Source: a virus. Taken from it: a stretch of DNA of 64,000 nucleotides. Positions within the stretch are counted from its first letter, which is position 1; every line of letters begins with the position of its first letter. The notes beneath the pieces are model-generated. The model was not told the DNA's origin and did not search any database. It saw only the letters and a program-made list of their open reading frames with translations. The stretch lies in the IMG/VR virus record IMGVR_UViG_3300020391_000004, positions 67,615 to 131,614 of that record, one strand, 5' to 3'. The position numbers and the translations under genes are program-made. Of this stretch, positions 17,316 to 25,915 are shown in pieces.

Positions 17316-18203
17316 TTAGTACTGATCCCAGCCTAATTCTTTTTCCATTGTAATTTGTGTACTTTTATCAAAAGTTAATCTTAGTTTCTTTTTGTTAGTG
17401 TACACTCCGATATTGCCTGTGTTATTTTTTACATCTTCTTTCATAGAATTAGATATAGTTTTAGCAATATCATTTTTATCGTTAAAAACAAACCATGTAC
17501 TTAACCATGCCCTTGTCAACTTAGAATTATTAAAATAATCTGCTAACTTAGGAATACCTTTAACTTTATCTTGTTCAATAGTTTTTAATATAATGGTATA
17601 TTCATTTTTAATTTTTTGTAATCTTAAAAAGTGTCTATATGATGTCCAAACTGCATCAATTTCTTCCGATGCCATTCCTGCCCTCATTTTTGAACTACCA
17701 TTGTAACCAACGAATACATGATCAGAACCCCATGAATTATTCATTTGATTATGCCATTCTCTTTCTACAGAGCTACTGCCTGAGTAACCAATCTTTAATC
17801 TTTTATTTTTAAAATCTTCTATTGATAATCCTTTGGTCTTTATTACCAAATATAATCCACCTACTTTACTAACTATAGGAGTTGCACCTTTAAAACTTAC
17901 ATATGGACAAGCTGGATCATTTTTTAATTTACTTACCAACTGATAATAGTTTTCATAATGTGTTAAAAATGTACTGCCTTTGGCTTGTTTACTAACGACT
18001 GCAAAGCCTTTACATGCACTGCCAGGAACAATCGCATCAAGTGTAATTTTGCCATACTTACCTTGCTTACTGTCCTTAGCCATTAGTTGTGCAAAAGCAT
18101 TAGTACCACCACCTGTGGATCCTGTAACAATCATTGGAATAGTTTCAGAAAAAACTTTAGTTGTAAACATAAACAAAAAAATTGCAAAAAATATTTTTTT
18201 CAT
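17316..18203 (-). CDS. tctC: TctC/Bug-like substrate-binding protein
   Basis: Signal peptide; IPMIVTGSTGGGT, IVPGSA and YNGSSKMRAGMASEEIDA; adjacent to tctA. Confidence 0.7.
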   Translation of the reverse strand: MKKIFFAIFLFMFTTKVFSETIPMIVTGSTGGGTNAFAQLMAKDSKQGKYGKITLDAIVPGSACKGFAVVSKQAKGSTFLTHYENYYQLVSKLKNDPACPYVSFKGATPIVSKVGGLYLVIKTKGLSIEDFKNKRLKIGYSGSSSVEREWHNQMNNSWGSDHVFVGYNGSSKMRAGMASEEIDAVWTSYRHFLRLQKIKNEYTIILKTIEQDKVKGIPKLADYFNNSKLTRAWLSTWFVFNDKNDIAKTISNSMKEDVKNNTGNIGVYTNKKKLRLTFDKSTQITMEKELGWDQY

Positions 18204-18386
18204 AGATTAATCCTTTACCTTAAAATATTATTATGTTGATTATACATAAAATTATAATGCACTGTCAACTTTAAAATTTGTTTGAATATCGACTTATTAA
18301 TTAGGATAGGGCGTTCTTGTAAGTAAAGAGTATAACTCAGGCGTCCATTTTTGTATCCACGTCTAAGAAAGGCGTTGTCGACTATA

Positions 18387-18393
18387 TATTTAT
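18387..18393 (-). promoter_or_regulatory. late promoter ATAAATA upstream of the tct operon leader
   Basis: Same motif as precedes structural genes; overlaps the stop of 18390..19019. Confidence 0.45.
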
Positions 18394-19019
18394 TTTGCTA
18401 AACTAAGCACTCTATTTGCTTTTGGTTTTCCTCTGACGTTTGCTAACCATCTTTCAGTTGGTCCACAATTCACTGCACCGTGAGGAGTTACAGTGCCAGT
18501 TATTTTATAGCAATCGCCACTTTTCCAATTAGTAATTGCATCTTCACCCCATAGCACAACCTGACCTAATCCCCAATCATTTAAGAAAACAAAATATCTT
18601 TCCCAATCGTCGTCAGCAGTAAAGTCATAGTGCATCCATAACATATCACCTGGCAACTGCTTGTTAATTTTTACAGGACTATATATTGAATCATTAGGCA
18701 TTTCAAGCCCTAAGTCATCCATAATTTTTTTAAAAGGAGAATAGTTAATACAATACTTACTAGGAGATTCTCTGTACATGTATTGTGATTTGTTTACATA
18801 TCTTGTACTATCTGTTGTAGGAAAAATACCTTCGTCACGTTCTTGTTTTACTCTCCAGTTCCATGCAAACCAGTCAGTGTTAGTCCAATCAATATCTTTG
18901 AAATCATTATGAATTTCTGTAAAGTTTACATTTAATCTACCTATGTATTCATATTCAGTTCTTATAGGTTGATTATCTAACCCTCTTAGTTTACGAGCAC
19001 GATCCCATCTATTGTCCAT
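18390..19019 (-). CDS. 2OG-Fe(II) dioxygenase-like protein
   Basis: HxD (MHYD), distal His (PHGA) and Arg in a beta-rich fold. Confidence 0.7.
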   Translation of the reverse strand: MDNRWDRARKLRGLDNQPIRTEYEYIGRLNVNFTEIHNDFKDIDWTNTDWFAWNWRVKQERDEGIFPTTDSTRYVNKSQYMYRESPSKYCINYSPFKKIMDDLGLEMPNDSIYSPVKINKQLPGDMLWMHYDFTADDDWERYFVFLNDWGLGQVVLWGEDAITNWKSGDCYKITGTVTPHGAVNCGPTERWLANVRGKPKANRVLSLAK

Positions 19020-19022
19020 AAA

Positions 19023-19235
19023 TTATTTGGCTTCTTTTTGACTTATTGCAAGTTTAGTACAAACGTAACTTTTTCCGTTTGGTGAGTCAATTGTAATAGC
19101 AGGTAATCCAGGTGTAGCTTCTCTACAAGGAACACTATACCACCAGTTACCTTCTTTAATTTGTTTACTGCTTGTATCTATAAATTCTTTATTGTCAATT
19201 CCAAACAATGCTAAAATTGCTATTGCTAGTGCCAT
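19023..19235 (-). CDS. hypothetical protein
   Basis: 70-aa ORF with AGGAG RBS and N-terminal hydrophobic segment. Confidence 0.6.
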   Translation of the reverse strand: MALAIAILALFGIDNKEFIDTSSKQIKEGNWWYSVPCREATPGLPAITIDSPNGKSYVCTKLAISQKEAK

Positions 19236-19266
19236 TTTTAATCTCCTATTTAATAACTATTTACAA

Positions 19267-19440
19267 TTAATCTTCTTTTTTATTTGAAGCCTTAGGTCTA
19301 CCTGGACCTTTTTTCCAAACACTAAGAACTGCACCTTCGGTTACTGCACCAGTGTCACACTTTTTTATTTCGCCACCTTTTTCAAGGAATTCAGTAATTT
19401 GTCTTTCATGTTCTTCAGCTTCACGTCTTGTCATTGCCAT
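19267..19440 (-). CDS. 57-aa hypothetical protein (EFLEKGGEIKKC)
   Basis: Translated by hand; AGGAG RBS. Confidence 0.7.
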   Translation of the reverse strand: MAMTRREAEEHERQITEFLEKGGEIKKCDTGAVTEGAVLSVWKKGPGRPKASNKKED

Positions 19441-19468
19441 TTATATACTCCTAATTTACTAACAATTC

Positions 19469-19562
19469 AAAAAAAAATCCATAAGCCTTCTAATACGGAG
19501 TTATTAGTTGACTTATGGATTATCCATTTCGTATCCCCGAATACTTAATGAATTCTAATTAT
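19469..19562 (-). ncRNA. candidate ~94-nt sRNA or attenuator
   Basis: Own TTGACT-N17-TATAAT promoter; ends in a 10-bp + 6-bp hairpin followed by U8; no credible ORF. Confidence 0.6.
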
Positions 19563-19568
19563 AAAAAC

Positions 19569-19597
19569 ATTATAGTGTATTTAGAGGATAAAGTCAA
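19569..19597 (-). promoter_or_regulatory. sigma70-type promoter TTGACT-N17-TATAAT
   Basis: Read directly. Confidence 0.8.
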
Positions 19598-19632
19598 CCT
19601 TTATGTAAAGATAATTTACATATTACCTTACA

Positions 19633-19845
19633 TTAGATAAGCATAGGTAACTTGGGCCATGGCGTATTGATGCCGTTCTTATGATCCAAGTAAGTCATAA
19701 CTAATTCTAATTCAAATGACTCATTCATTGCTAAAAAATCAATTAAAGCATCAAAGCCAATTGCACCTTCAAAAATAAAGTCATCTACAGGATTATCCTG
19801 TATAAACATTTCAGCCGCTGTGCGGTAAGTTTCATTTGAAAACAT
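19633..19845 (-). CDS. hypothetical early protein
   Basis: AGGAGAGA RBS; acidic 70 aa. Confidence 0.65.
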   Translation of the reverse strand: MFSNETYRTAAEMFIQDNPVDDFIFEGAIGFDALIDFLAMNESFELELVMTYLDHKNGINTPWPKLPMLI

Positions 19846-19853
19846 ATTCTCTC

Positions 19854-20093
19854 CTATCTTAATTCTATACCTTCATCAAATAGTTTCCAGGCATCACCAT
19901 CTTTTTGAAATCCATATTCACTGGCAAAATCCATTGAACTACTATGACATAAATGTGGACCTATACCTTTTGTTTTTAATATGTAAGCAACCATTTTAGG
20001 TGTCTTAGCAAATCCAACACAATTACCAGCCCTTCCAGCAAAAAACTTTATACCTGATTCATCCGCTGCAATAAAATTAATTTTATTTTTCAT
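19854..20093 (-). CDS. hypothetical early protein (SSSMDFASEYGF)
   Basis: AGGAGAGA RBS; 79 aa. Confidence 0.7.
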   Translation of the reverse strand: MKNKINFIAADESGIKFFAGRAGNCVGFAKTPKMVAYILKTKGIGPHLCHSSSMDFASEYGFQKDGDAWKLFDEGIELR

Positions 20094-20104
20094 TTACTTC
20101 TCTC

Positions 20105-20392
20105 CTAGTTTCCGCCTAAGTTAAATTCATAATTAATATCTTTATAAAGTTTATCCATTATGTAATTACATTGTCCTGCAGTTTTAGCATTTAATAAAAT
20201 AGTTTTGCTTCTTTTAAGATTAGCAAGACATTCTTGGTGAATCTCGTTGTAAGGATCTCTTCTTACTCTCTGTGCTACTTTATTAATTTCATTTGGAAGA
20301 TAGTAGTAAGCATAAGTTGCTTTATACTTTGCAGTTGAATAATCTAAACCTTCTTTAACGAACTTATCTCTGGATCTACTTGAACAAATCAT
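20105..20392 (-). CDS. hypothetical early protein
   Basis: First gene after an early promoter; AGAGAGAGA RBS region. Confidence 0.65.
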   Translation of the reverse strand: MICSSRSRDKFVKEGLDYSTAKYKATYAYYYLPNEINKVAQRVRRDPYNEIHQECLANLKRSKTILLNAKTAGQCNYIMDKLYKDINYEFNLGGN

Positions 20393-20427
20393 TTATTTTC
20401 TCTCTCTTGTTTTCTAACTATGCTGTT

Positions 20428-20455
20428 ATAATAACATAATAATATGACTTGTCAA
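20428..20455 (-). promoter_or_regulatory. early promoter TTGACA-N16(TGT)-TATTAT
   Basis: Read directly. Confidence 0.85.
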
Positions 20456-20679
20456 CCCCCATTGCTCATTACTTTTAATAATTGTAATTCTTTTCCTGTA
20501 ATCTCCCTAAGGGTCAATCCTTTGCCTCCTGGGTCCATACTTTCATATTTTATAAGACAAGCACGGGCATGAATATCTTTCCAAATTTCTTTTTTACCAT
20601 CTGGCCAGGCAATCTCATAAGTACGTGGTGTTTTATCCCAACTTTTAGGAGCACCTTCTTTCATATAAGTTACAGTCAT
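20452..20679 (-). CDS. hypothetical protein
   Basis: 75-aa ORF coupled to the upstream gene. Confidence 0.6.
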   Translation of the reverse strand: MTVTYMKEGAPKSWDKTPRTYEIAWPDGKKEIWKDIHARACLIKYESMDPGGKGLTLREITGKELQLLKVMSNGG

Positions 20680-21101
20680 TATTTAAGATATATCCTGTTG
20701 CCTCTTAGTGCAAAAAATAAGCCTCCACAGTATAGCATTACATGGAAGTTATCATATAATAACACATCTACAAAACTTTCAGGCTCACCAATAAGAATTA
20801 CCCCTGTCATTATTCCACAAATAGTTACTCCACTAAAACGTGTAAGTAGGTCTCCTAATGTAGGTAATAATTTAGGAAAAATTAATATTGCACCAATAAT
20901 TAATCCTATGCCTGCAAATAATTCTCCCCAAACTACAAAGAACCATACTGTCATTGGTAATCCATAGCCTTCTGCATCTTCTATGTTTACCGGTAGCTTT
21001 GCTAGTCCTTGTAAAATAAAGACTATTGCTAATGGCATTCTTATTAATAAATTACTTCCTTTAAATTCAGGAATTTTATCTAAATAGTTTGAAATAGTCA
21101 T
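20679..21101 (-). CDS. DoxX family membrane protein
   Basis: LIRMPLAIVFILQGLAK...ELFAGIGLIIG...LTRFSG. Confidence 0.8.
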   Translation of the reverse strand: MTISNYLDKIPEFKGSNLLIRMPLAIVFILQGLAKLPVNIEDAEGYGLPMTVWFFVVWGELFAGIGLIIGAILIFPKLLPTLGDLLTRFSGVTICGIMTGVILIGEPESFVDVLLYDNFHVMLYCGGLFFALRGNRIYLK

Positions 21102-21430
21102 GAAATAAACCTATATAAAATTAAAAATAAAATACTTGTTAAACCTGCACTGCCTATTAGTGCAATCCAGAAATTAAAATAAAGAAAACCTGTAGCAAAT
21201 AAAGGGAAGAATATTAAACTAAGTCCAACAAAATAAACTGTTTGGTAACTAAATGTTTTAAATGTTTGATAATCAACTCCTGTATAATACATAATAATTA
21301 ATGTGACAAAACTTACCATAGGTATGCCCATTACAACTGCACCAAATGTTGCATTTTTTTGTGCTACGGTGCTAACTATTCCAATAATTAATCCGCCTAG
21401 CAATGCTTTCCAGATTATATCAAGATACAT
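21098..21430 (-). CDS. DUF3147/GlpM-like 4-TM protein
   Basis: KALLGGLIIGIVS...GAVVMGIPMVS hydrophobic pattern. Confidence 0.55.
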   Translation of the reverse strand: MYLDIIWKALLGGLIIGIVSTVAQKNATFGAVVMGIPMVSFVTLIIMYYTGVDYQTFKTFSYQTVYFVGLSLIFFPLFATGFLYFNFWIALIGSAGLTSILFLILYRFIS

Positions 21431-21587
21431 TATAATTTTCCTTTACTACTAATATTTGCCAATTAGGATGTTGCTCCTGAAGTAATTCTGCTTTGTAGTC
21501 TAATTGTGCTTTACTTTCATTCCATTCAAGAATTTCCATCTTATCCTGTGCTGATTTTCTAACAACTAATTTATATTCTATTTTCAT
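21420..21587 (-). CDS. 55-aa hypothetical protein
   Basis: Translated by hand; fills the gap, AAGGA RBS. Confidence 0.5.
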   Translation of the reverse strand: MKIEYKLVVRKSAQDKMEILEWNESKAQLDYKAELLQEQHPNWQILVVKENYNVS

Positions 21588-22304
21588 TTAACTTTCCTTA
21601 ATAAAATTTAGTATTTTTTTACACCAAATTGCATAACAACTATGATTAGGATGAGCATCATCTCTTGCTATTTTAAAATTATTATTACTATCTACTAAAT
21701 CCTGAATACCATGCATGGGTTGAAAATAATTAACGTAATTAATTTGATCTTTAATACATAGTAATTCTTTTAATTTTGTTTTATATTGCATTTGTCCATA
21801 TACACTATTATATATCACAAATTTTAAATTTAATTCTCGTAATCTTTTTTGAATTAATAGTATATTGAACCAACTATTATAAATTAATGTCTCTTCTAAA
21901 TTAATTGCTTTTAATCTTCCACTTAAATAATTATGTGTGCGGAACCAGTCCTCTTCTATTACAGGCCCATTCATAAATGCTTTAGCTTTATGTTCCGTGC
22001 CCTTGTAGTAACTTCTATCTCTATGCTGGTCTCTTGGTCTTTCTCCTATAGTTTGAAATCTATTTTCAGGAGGTATTCCAATTAATAAAAAACTATCCAC
22101 TTCCTCAAAGTTAGTAGTATATAATCTCCTTAATACACCATCAGGGGATAATCCTGGACTTGCTAGATTTATGTGTTCATAACCTAATTCATCTGAAATA
22201 ATATCTCCTGGACCTAAGTGCTTGTAGTTATCTGCAAAGTTTTCATAACTTTGTACACAATTACCATAACTAAAACTATCGCCAATATTATATAATTTAG
22301 GCAT
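21588..22304 (-). CDS. SGNH/GDSL-hydrolase-like protein
   Basis: GDSFSYG, GLSPDGV and DAHPNH. Confidence 0.65.
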   Translation of the reverse strand: MPKLYNIGDSFSYGNCVQSYENFADNYKHLGPGDIISDELGYEHINLASPGLSPDGVLRRLYTTNFEEVDSFLLIGIPPENRFQTIGERPRDQHRDRSYYKGTEHKAKAFMNGPVIEEDWFRTHNYLSGRLKAINLEETLIYNSWFNILLIQKRLRELNLKFVIYNSVYGQMQYKTKLKELLCIKDQINYVNYFQPMHGIQDLVDSNNNFKIARDDAHPNHSCYAIWCKKILNFIKES

Positions 22305-23001
22305 TTATTATCTTTTTTATTTTCCAAGGTGTAAAACATATACTGCCTAAACTAATATGATCTGCACCAGCACCTTTATATATTTTTACATCTTTAGTTG
22401 TTGTTACTCCACCACCAGCAATTACTTCTACATGAGGATGTTTACGTTTAATATAACGTATAATACCTAGTGTATGTGGCATTAATATTTTCCCACTAAG
22501 TCCACCTTGCGGTGTTGGCAGTGTATTACTTGCATGTATTTGTTTATAGCCCATATCAACTATATTATCTATAAATTGTTCAGTTGCATTAGGTGGGATT
22601 TTGACTATACACCATCTTTGTCTCATCTTACGTGGAAACTTATCAAAGTTTTGCCAAGTTGTAGTATCATTATGCGAGTCTAAATTAGGACAACTTACAT
22701 TTAATTCTATGTTACGATCCATACTAATTGAATTAAATATACTTGTCCAATCTGTTTCGTGTATTGCGGCAAGACTAAGTATTTTATCAAAGTTTACGGT
22801 TCTTTGTGCAACACTTAATCCAGGATTTCGTAATCCTAATTTATTTCTCCAGCTCCAGCCCGCATCAGTTTTTATATACCGTAGTGTTTTTAATATTTGT
22901 TTAAGTCTGCCTTTACGTGGCAATACAGTAAAAGTTCCTGCAACACTTATAGCATTATTAAAATTTAAATAATTTCCAAATGGTGCAGCAATAAAATACA
23001 T
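22297..23001 (-). CDS. dihydroorotate dehydrogenase-like FMN TIM-barrel protein
   Basis: NKLGLRNPG, ELNVSCPN, VKIPP, SNT, GGLSG and AGGGV...GADHISLGS. Confidence 0.8.
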   Translation of the reverse strand: MYFIAAPFGNYLNFNNAISVAGTFTVLPRKGRLKQILKTLRYIKTDAGWSWRNKLGLRNPGLSVAQRTVNFDKILSLAAIHETDWTSIFNSISMDRNIELNVSCPNLDSHNDTTTWQNFDKFPRKMRQRWCIVKIPPNATEQFIDNIVDMGYKQIHASNTLPTPQGGLSGKILMPHTLGIIRYIKRKHPHVEVIAGGGVTTTKDVKIYKGAGADHISLGSICFTPWKIKKIINA

Positions 23002-23135
23002 TAGAAAAACTTTGCATTATCATTATTTAAAAATGCTAAAACACCAGCCATAATTAGAAATCCCCAAATAATACAATTAATTTTAATTAAATATCCAAAG
23101 TGAGAATATCTAATTAAATAATAAATTTTAGTCAT
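23001..23135 (-). CDS. 44-aa membrane micropeptide
   Basis: Translated by hand; one TM segment; TAATG coupling. Confidence 0.5.
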   Translation of the reverse strand: MTKIYYLIRYSHFGYLIKINCIIWGFLIMAGVLAFLNNDNAKFF

Positions 23136-23316
23136 GATACCCATCATCTTCATCCAATACTTTTATTACAGGTTTTTTGGCATGACTTATTTCATTATCT
23201 ACGTCTTTAGTAACACTTATTTCATTATCTACAAAAGGAAGCATTAATTGCTCTTCATTAATACCATATTTGTCTTCCATTTGTTTAGCCCATTCAAATA
23301 AATCTTCTTGTGTCAT
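23128..23316 (-). CDS. hypothetical protein
   Basis: GGAG RBS; 62 aa. Confidence 0.6.
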   Translation of the reverse strand: MTQEDLFEWAKQMEDKYGINEEQLMLPFVDNEISVTKDVDNEISHAKKPVIKVLDEDDGYHD

Positions 23317-23342
23317 ATTTACTCCATTTAATTAAAATTAAT

Positions 23343-23399
23343 GGGAAGATTGCGACAGTTCCTAATTTCATTATCCATTAGTTGTTGTAGAATCTTCCC
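23343..23399 (-). ncRNA. long hairpin upstream of the 23316 gene
   Basis: GGGAAGAUU/AAUCUUCCC outer stem and CUAAU/AUUAG inner stem. Confidence 0.4.
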
Positions 23400-23517
23400 T
23401 TACTTGGTTGTATGAGTACATGCCCTCGATAAGTTTTTATATATCGTTTCAATCCACTTATCTTATGCTTCAATCATTAGGTACTACTCTAACTAGTCTT
23501 TCGACGTGTTTAATAAA

Positions 23518-23592
23518 TTAATAATAATAGACCATTTCAATAAAAAAAATACAAATTATGGCTACAACTGCTAAAAAGATTGCATTATTCAT
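23518..23592 (-). CDS. 24-aa hydrophobic micropeptide
   Basis: AGGAG RBS; MNNAIFLAVVAIICIFFIEMVYYY. Confidence 0.5.
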   Translation of the reverse strand: MNNAIFLAVVAIICIFFIEMVYYY

Positions 23593-23593
23593 A

Positions 23594-24112
23594 TTATACT
23601 CCTAGTTGTTTATAACACCATTGTAAACATCGTGCTTGGTGATGAGCATCTGCTAATGCATTATGTGCCGCCACTTTGGGTATTGCATTTACTGGATCTG
23701 TTGGCATCATTTTAAATACTGTTCTACTGTCACGTAAGTTCCAAAAGTTCCACGGCTTATTAACACCAGATTGTAGATAAAGATTTTCTATAATAGTCAT
23801 ATCAAAACCATATCCTTGTCCCCATATTTGTTCGCACCCAACAATAAATTTATTTAATTTATTAATTGCGTCTGCAACAGGAGTCCTATTGTGTTCTCCC
23901 ATTGCTTCATCCTGTATCTTTTGGGGTTGTGTTGCCCACCATGCAACTGTTCCGTCATCTACAGTTCTACCTAGAGCGATTTGTTCATCCACATCTAGTC
24001 TAATATATAATTCATCAACTATGCTTGTTCTGTTAAACTTAACCGCACCTACTGTTAGCACTACTGCACTAGGACTAGTATCTAATGTTTCTAAATCTAT
24101 CATACAATCCAT
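23594..24112 (-). CDS. DEDDh 3'-5' exonuclease (Rv2179c-like)
   Basis: MIDLETL, FDMTII, RDSRT and HNALADA. Confidence 0.88.
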   Translation of the reverse strand: MDCMIDLETLDTSPSAVVLTVGAVKFNRTSIVDELYIRLDVDEQIALGRTVDDGTVAWWATQPQKIQDEAMGEHNRTPVADAINKLNKFIVGCEQIWGQGYGFDMTIIENLYLQSGVNKPWNFWNLRDSRTVFKMMPTDPVNAIPKVAAHNALADAHHQARCLQWCYKQLGV

Positions 24113-24113
24113 A

Positions 24114-25145
24114 TTAACGTCCCCATATATCTAATAAATCCATTCTTAATTCACTAATTAATTGGTCACCAAATTGATTAAAAAAATAATCTCTATTATA
24201 ATCTGTAATACCTTGACAGTCTTCTGCTAACCGCTGCATTTCAGTTCTAGTTAATGGCTCTTTTATATAACTACTGTTACTTTCAATCATATCTTTTATT
24301 CTTATTTGATTATCCAATTCATCATATGTTTCATCAAACACACTACCCCAACGGTTATCACCATCACTGACACCACCAAAAGTTTTAAATCCATATTGTT
24401 GCACATGTTGTACTGCTCCTTGATGAGCAACTAATAAAAATGGTATCCCCGCCACTATGCTATTAAATGTCTTTTCTGTTATTATACCGTACTGTTCATG
24501 ATATTGACTTTCACTTACAATACTAAATGCCGCAGTATTATAATTCTTTTTCATTGCTAATAAATTTACTAAGTTATCATATTGTTGTTCATATTCATCA
24601 AACGATAAATTACTGTAAGCCAACTCTATGCCTTTACTTTGTAAACTTATATTTGCATGTCGATACTGTTTTAATACACTGTGTAATGCTGCTCTATGTG
24701 GTTTATATATTCTCTGCGGACAAACAAAATTATATTTAAAATCTTTTTTATCTGCACTAAATGCATCACGTAGTACGTCTTCATTATCTTTATAACTGCA
24801 CCAAGTTTCATATTGATGACTACTAAACTGTATAATATTAAATGAACGTTCAGGTAATATTTGTTGTATACCACGAGGCCATACTAGAACACTAATACGA
24901 TGCATGGGAAATCCATTCGCTCGAAAATGATCGTGTAGACGAATTAATTCTTTTCCGTCTAGCATATCCTGTAAATTAACAAATAAATGATAATCAGGAT
25001 CATCAAAATTGCATTCTATAACTGTTTGCGGCGATGTAATATCCCAACCTGTGCTAGTAATTGGATATTCTAAAGCACTGTCTAATATATCTGCACGAGG
25101 AAATATTTCTCGTACTACGGTTGTCCACAGTTTATGACCAGGCAT
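24114..25145 (-). CDS. hypothetical protein, glycosyltransferase-like
   Basis: HRAAL, SIVSES, ITEKTFN, PFLLV, GFKTF and DETYD; paralog-like to 10310..11299. Confidence 0.5.
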   Translation of the reverse strand: MPGHKLWTTVVREIFPRADILDSALEYPITSTGWDITSPQTVIECNFDDPDYHLFVNLQDMLDGKELIRLHDHFRANGFPMHRISVLVWPRGIQQILPERSFNIIQFSSHQYETWCSYKDNEDVLRDAFSADKKDFKYNFVCPQRIYKPHRAALHSVLKQYRHANISLQSKGIELAYSNLSFDEYEQQYDNLVNLLAMKKNYNTAAFSIVSESQYHEQYGIITEKTFNSIVAGIPFLLVAHQGAVQHVQQYGFKTFGGVSDGDNRWGSVFDETYDELDNQIRIKDMIESNSSYIKEPLTRTEMQRLAEDCQGITDYNRDYFFNQFGDQLISELRMDLLDIWGR

Positions 25146-25254
25146 TATATAATATAGCTCCTGCAGTTACTAATAGTGTGCAATAAATTATTGCAAAGGC
25201 TATTTGACCTAAAAAATTTCTAAACTCTTGTCTTTCACGTTGCCAACGTTTCAT
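25132..25254 (-). CDS. 40-aa membrane micropeptide
   Basis: Translated by hand; one TM segment; coupled overlaps. Confidence 0.5.
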   Translation of the reverse strand: MKRWQRERQEFRNFLGQIAFAIIYCTLLVTAGAILYNAWS

Positions 25255-25352
25255 TAAAAAGGATTATGTGCTATCGCAATAATTGCAAATAATGCAACTA
25301 TGCCCACCACACCCCATAAGCACGATTTAATTAATTCATTAATGTAAAACAT
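25254..25352 (-). CDS. 32-aa membrane micropeptide
   Basis: Translated by hand; one TM segment; TAATG coupling. Confidence 0.5.
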   Translation of the reverse strand: MFYINELIKSCLWGVVGIVALFAIIAIAHNPF

Positions 25353-25357
25353 TACTT

Positions 25358-25915
25358 CTAATCTCCGGATTTAGTGTTAATTTTATTGCCATTTTTATCT
25401 AATGGAGTATATTCATATCTATAATCAGGATGTATATCTGATAATTCTCTTACTAATTGATGAGCTCTAAACAAACTTTTATCCATTAAGTCATAAAAAA
25501 ATCTTGAATATTTACACATTTCACTAATTAATAAACTTGTACCACTATAAGTCTTTTCTCTGCCACGAATTTCAACTAATTTAATCCAATTATTTTCTAA
25601 ACAATCTTGTACTATACCGTGAATTGCTTGCCTACTAGTTAATAATTTATGTGCTAGTTGTGTAATCGATATAGGCTTACCTTGTAGTCGACTAATAACC
25701 ATTACACGAGCAAAAGCATTTTTTAGTGGCGATGAATTAAAATATACTTGTGTAGATGTATCCATACGTAATAGTCTACTTTTATATATTTTAAGTTCTG
25801 ATTCACATAGTGTAACTAAGTAATCTTCCATTACACGGTCAAACATAGCATTTTCTAAAGTACCGCAGTCAGGACACGTACAATCAAATTCGTGTTCTGT
25901 ATTATCCACAGACAT
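25358..25915 (-). CDS. putative winged-HTH protein with N-terminal CxCxxC
   Basis: ISITQLAHKLLTSRQAIHGIVQDCLENNWI is a MarR-like HTH pattern. Confidence 0.5.
   Translation of the reverse strand: MSVDNTEHEFDCTCPDCGTLENAMFDRVMEDYLVTLCESELKIYKSRLLRMDTSTQVYFNSSPLKNAFARVMVISRLQGKPISITQLAHKLLTSRQAIHGIVQDCLENNWIKLVEIRGREKTYSGTSLLISEMCKYSRFFYDLMDKSLFRAHQLVRELSDIHPDYRYEYTPLDKNGNKINTKSGD

Noticed and set aside
23343-23399. tRNA-Sec-like acceptor stem (GGAAGAU...AUCUUCC)
   Set aside because: Only 57 nt between the ends, with no anticodon, D or T arms and no CCA
23400-23480. Possible pseudogene MIEA*DKWIETIYKNL on the minus strand
   Set aside because: Under 30 codons, no clear RBS and no recognisable homology
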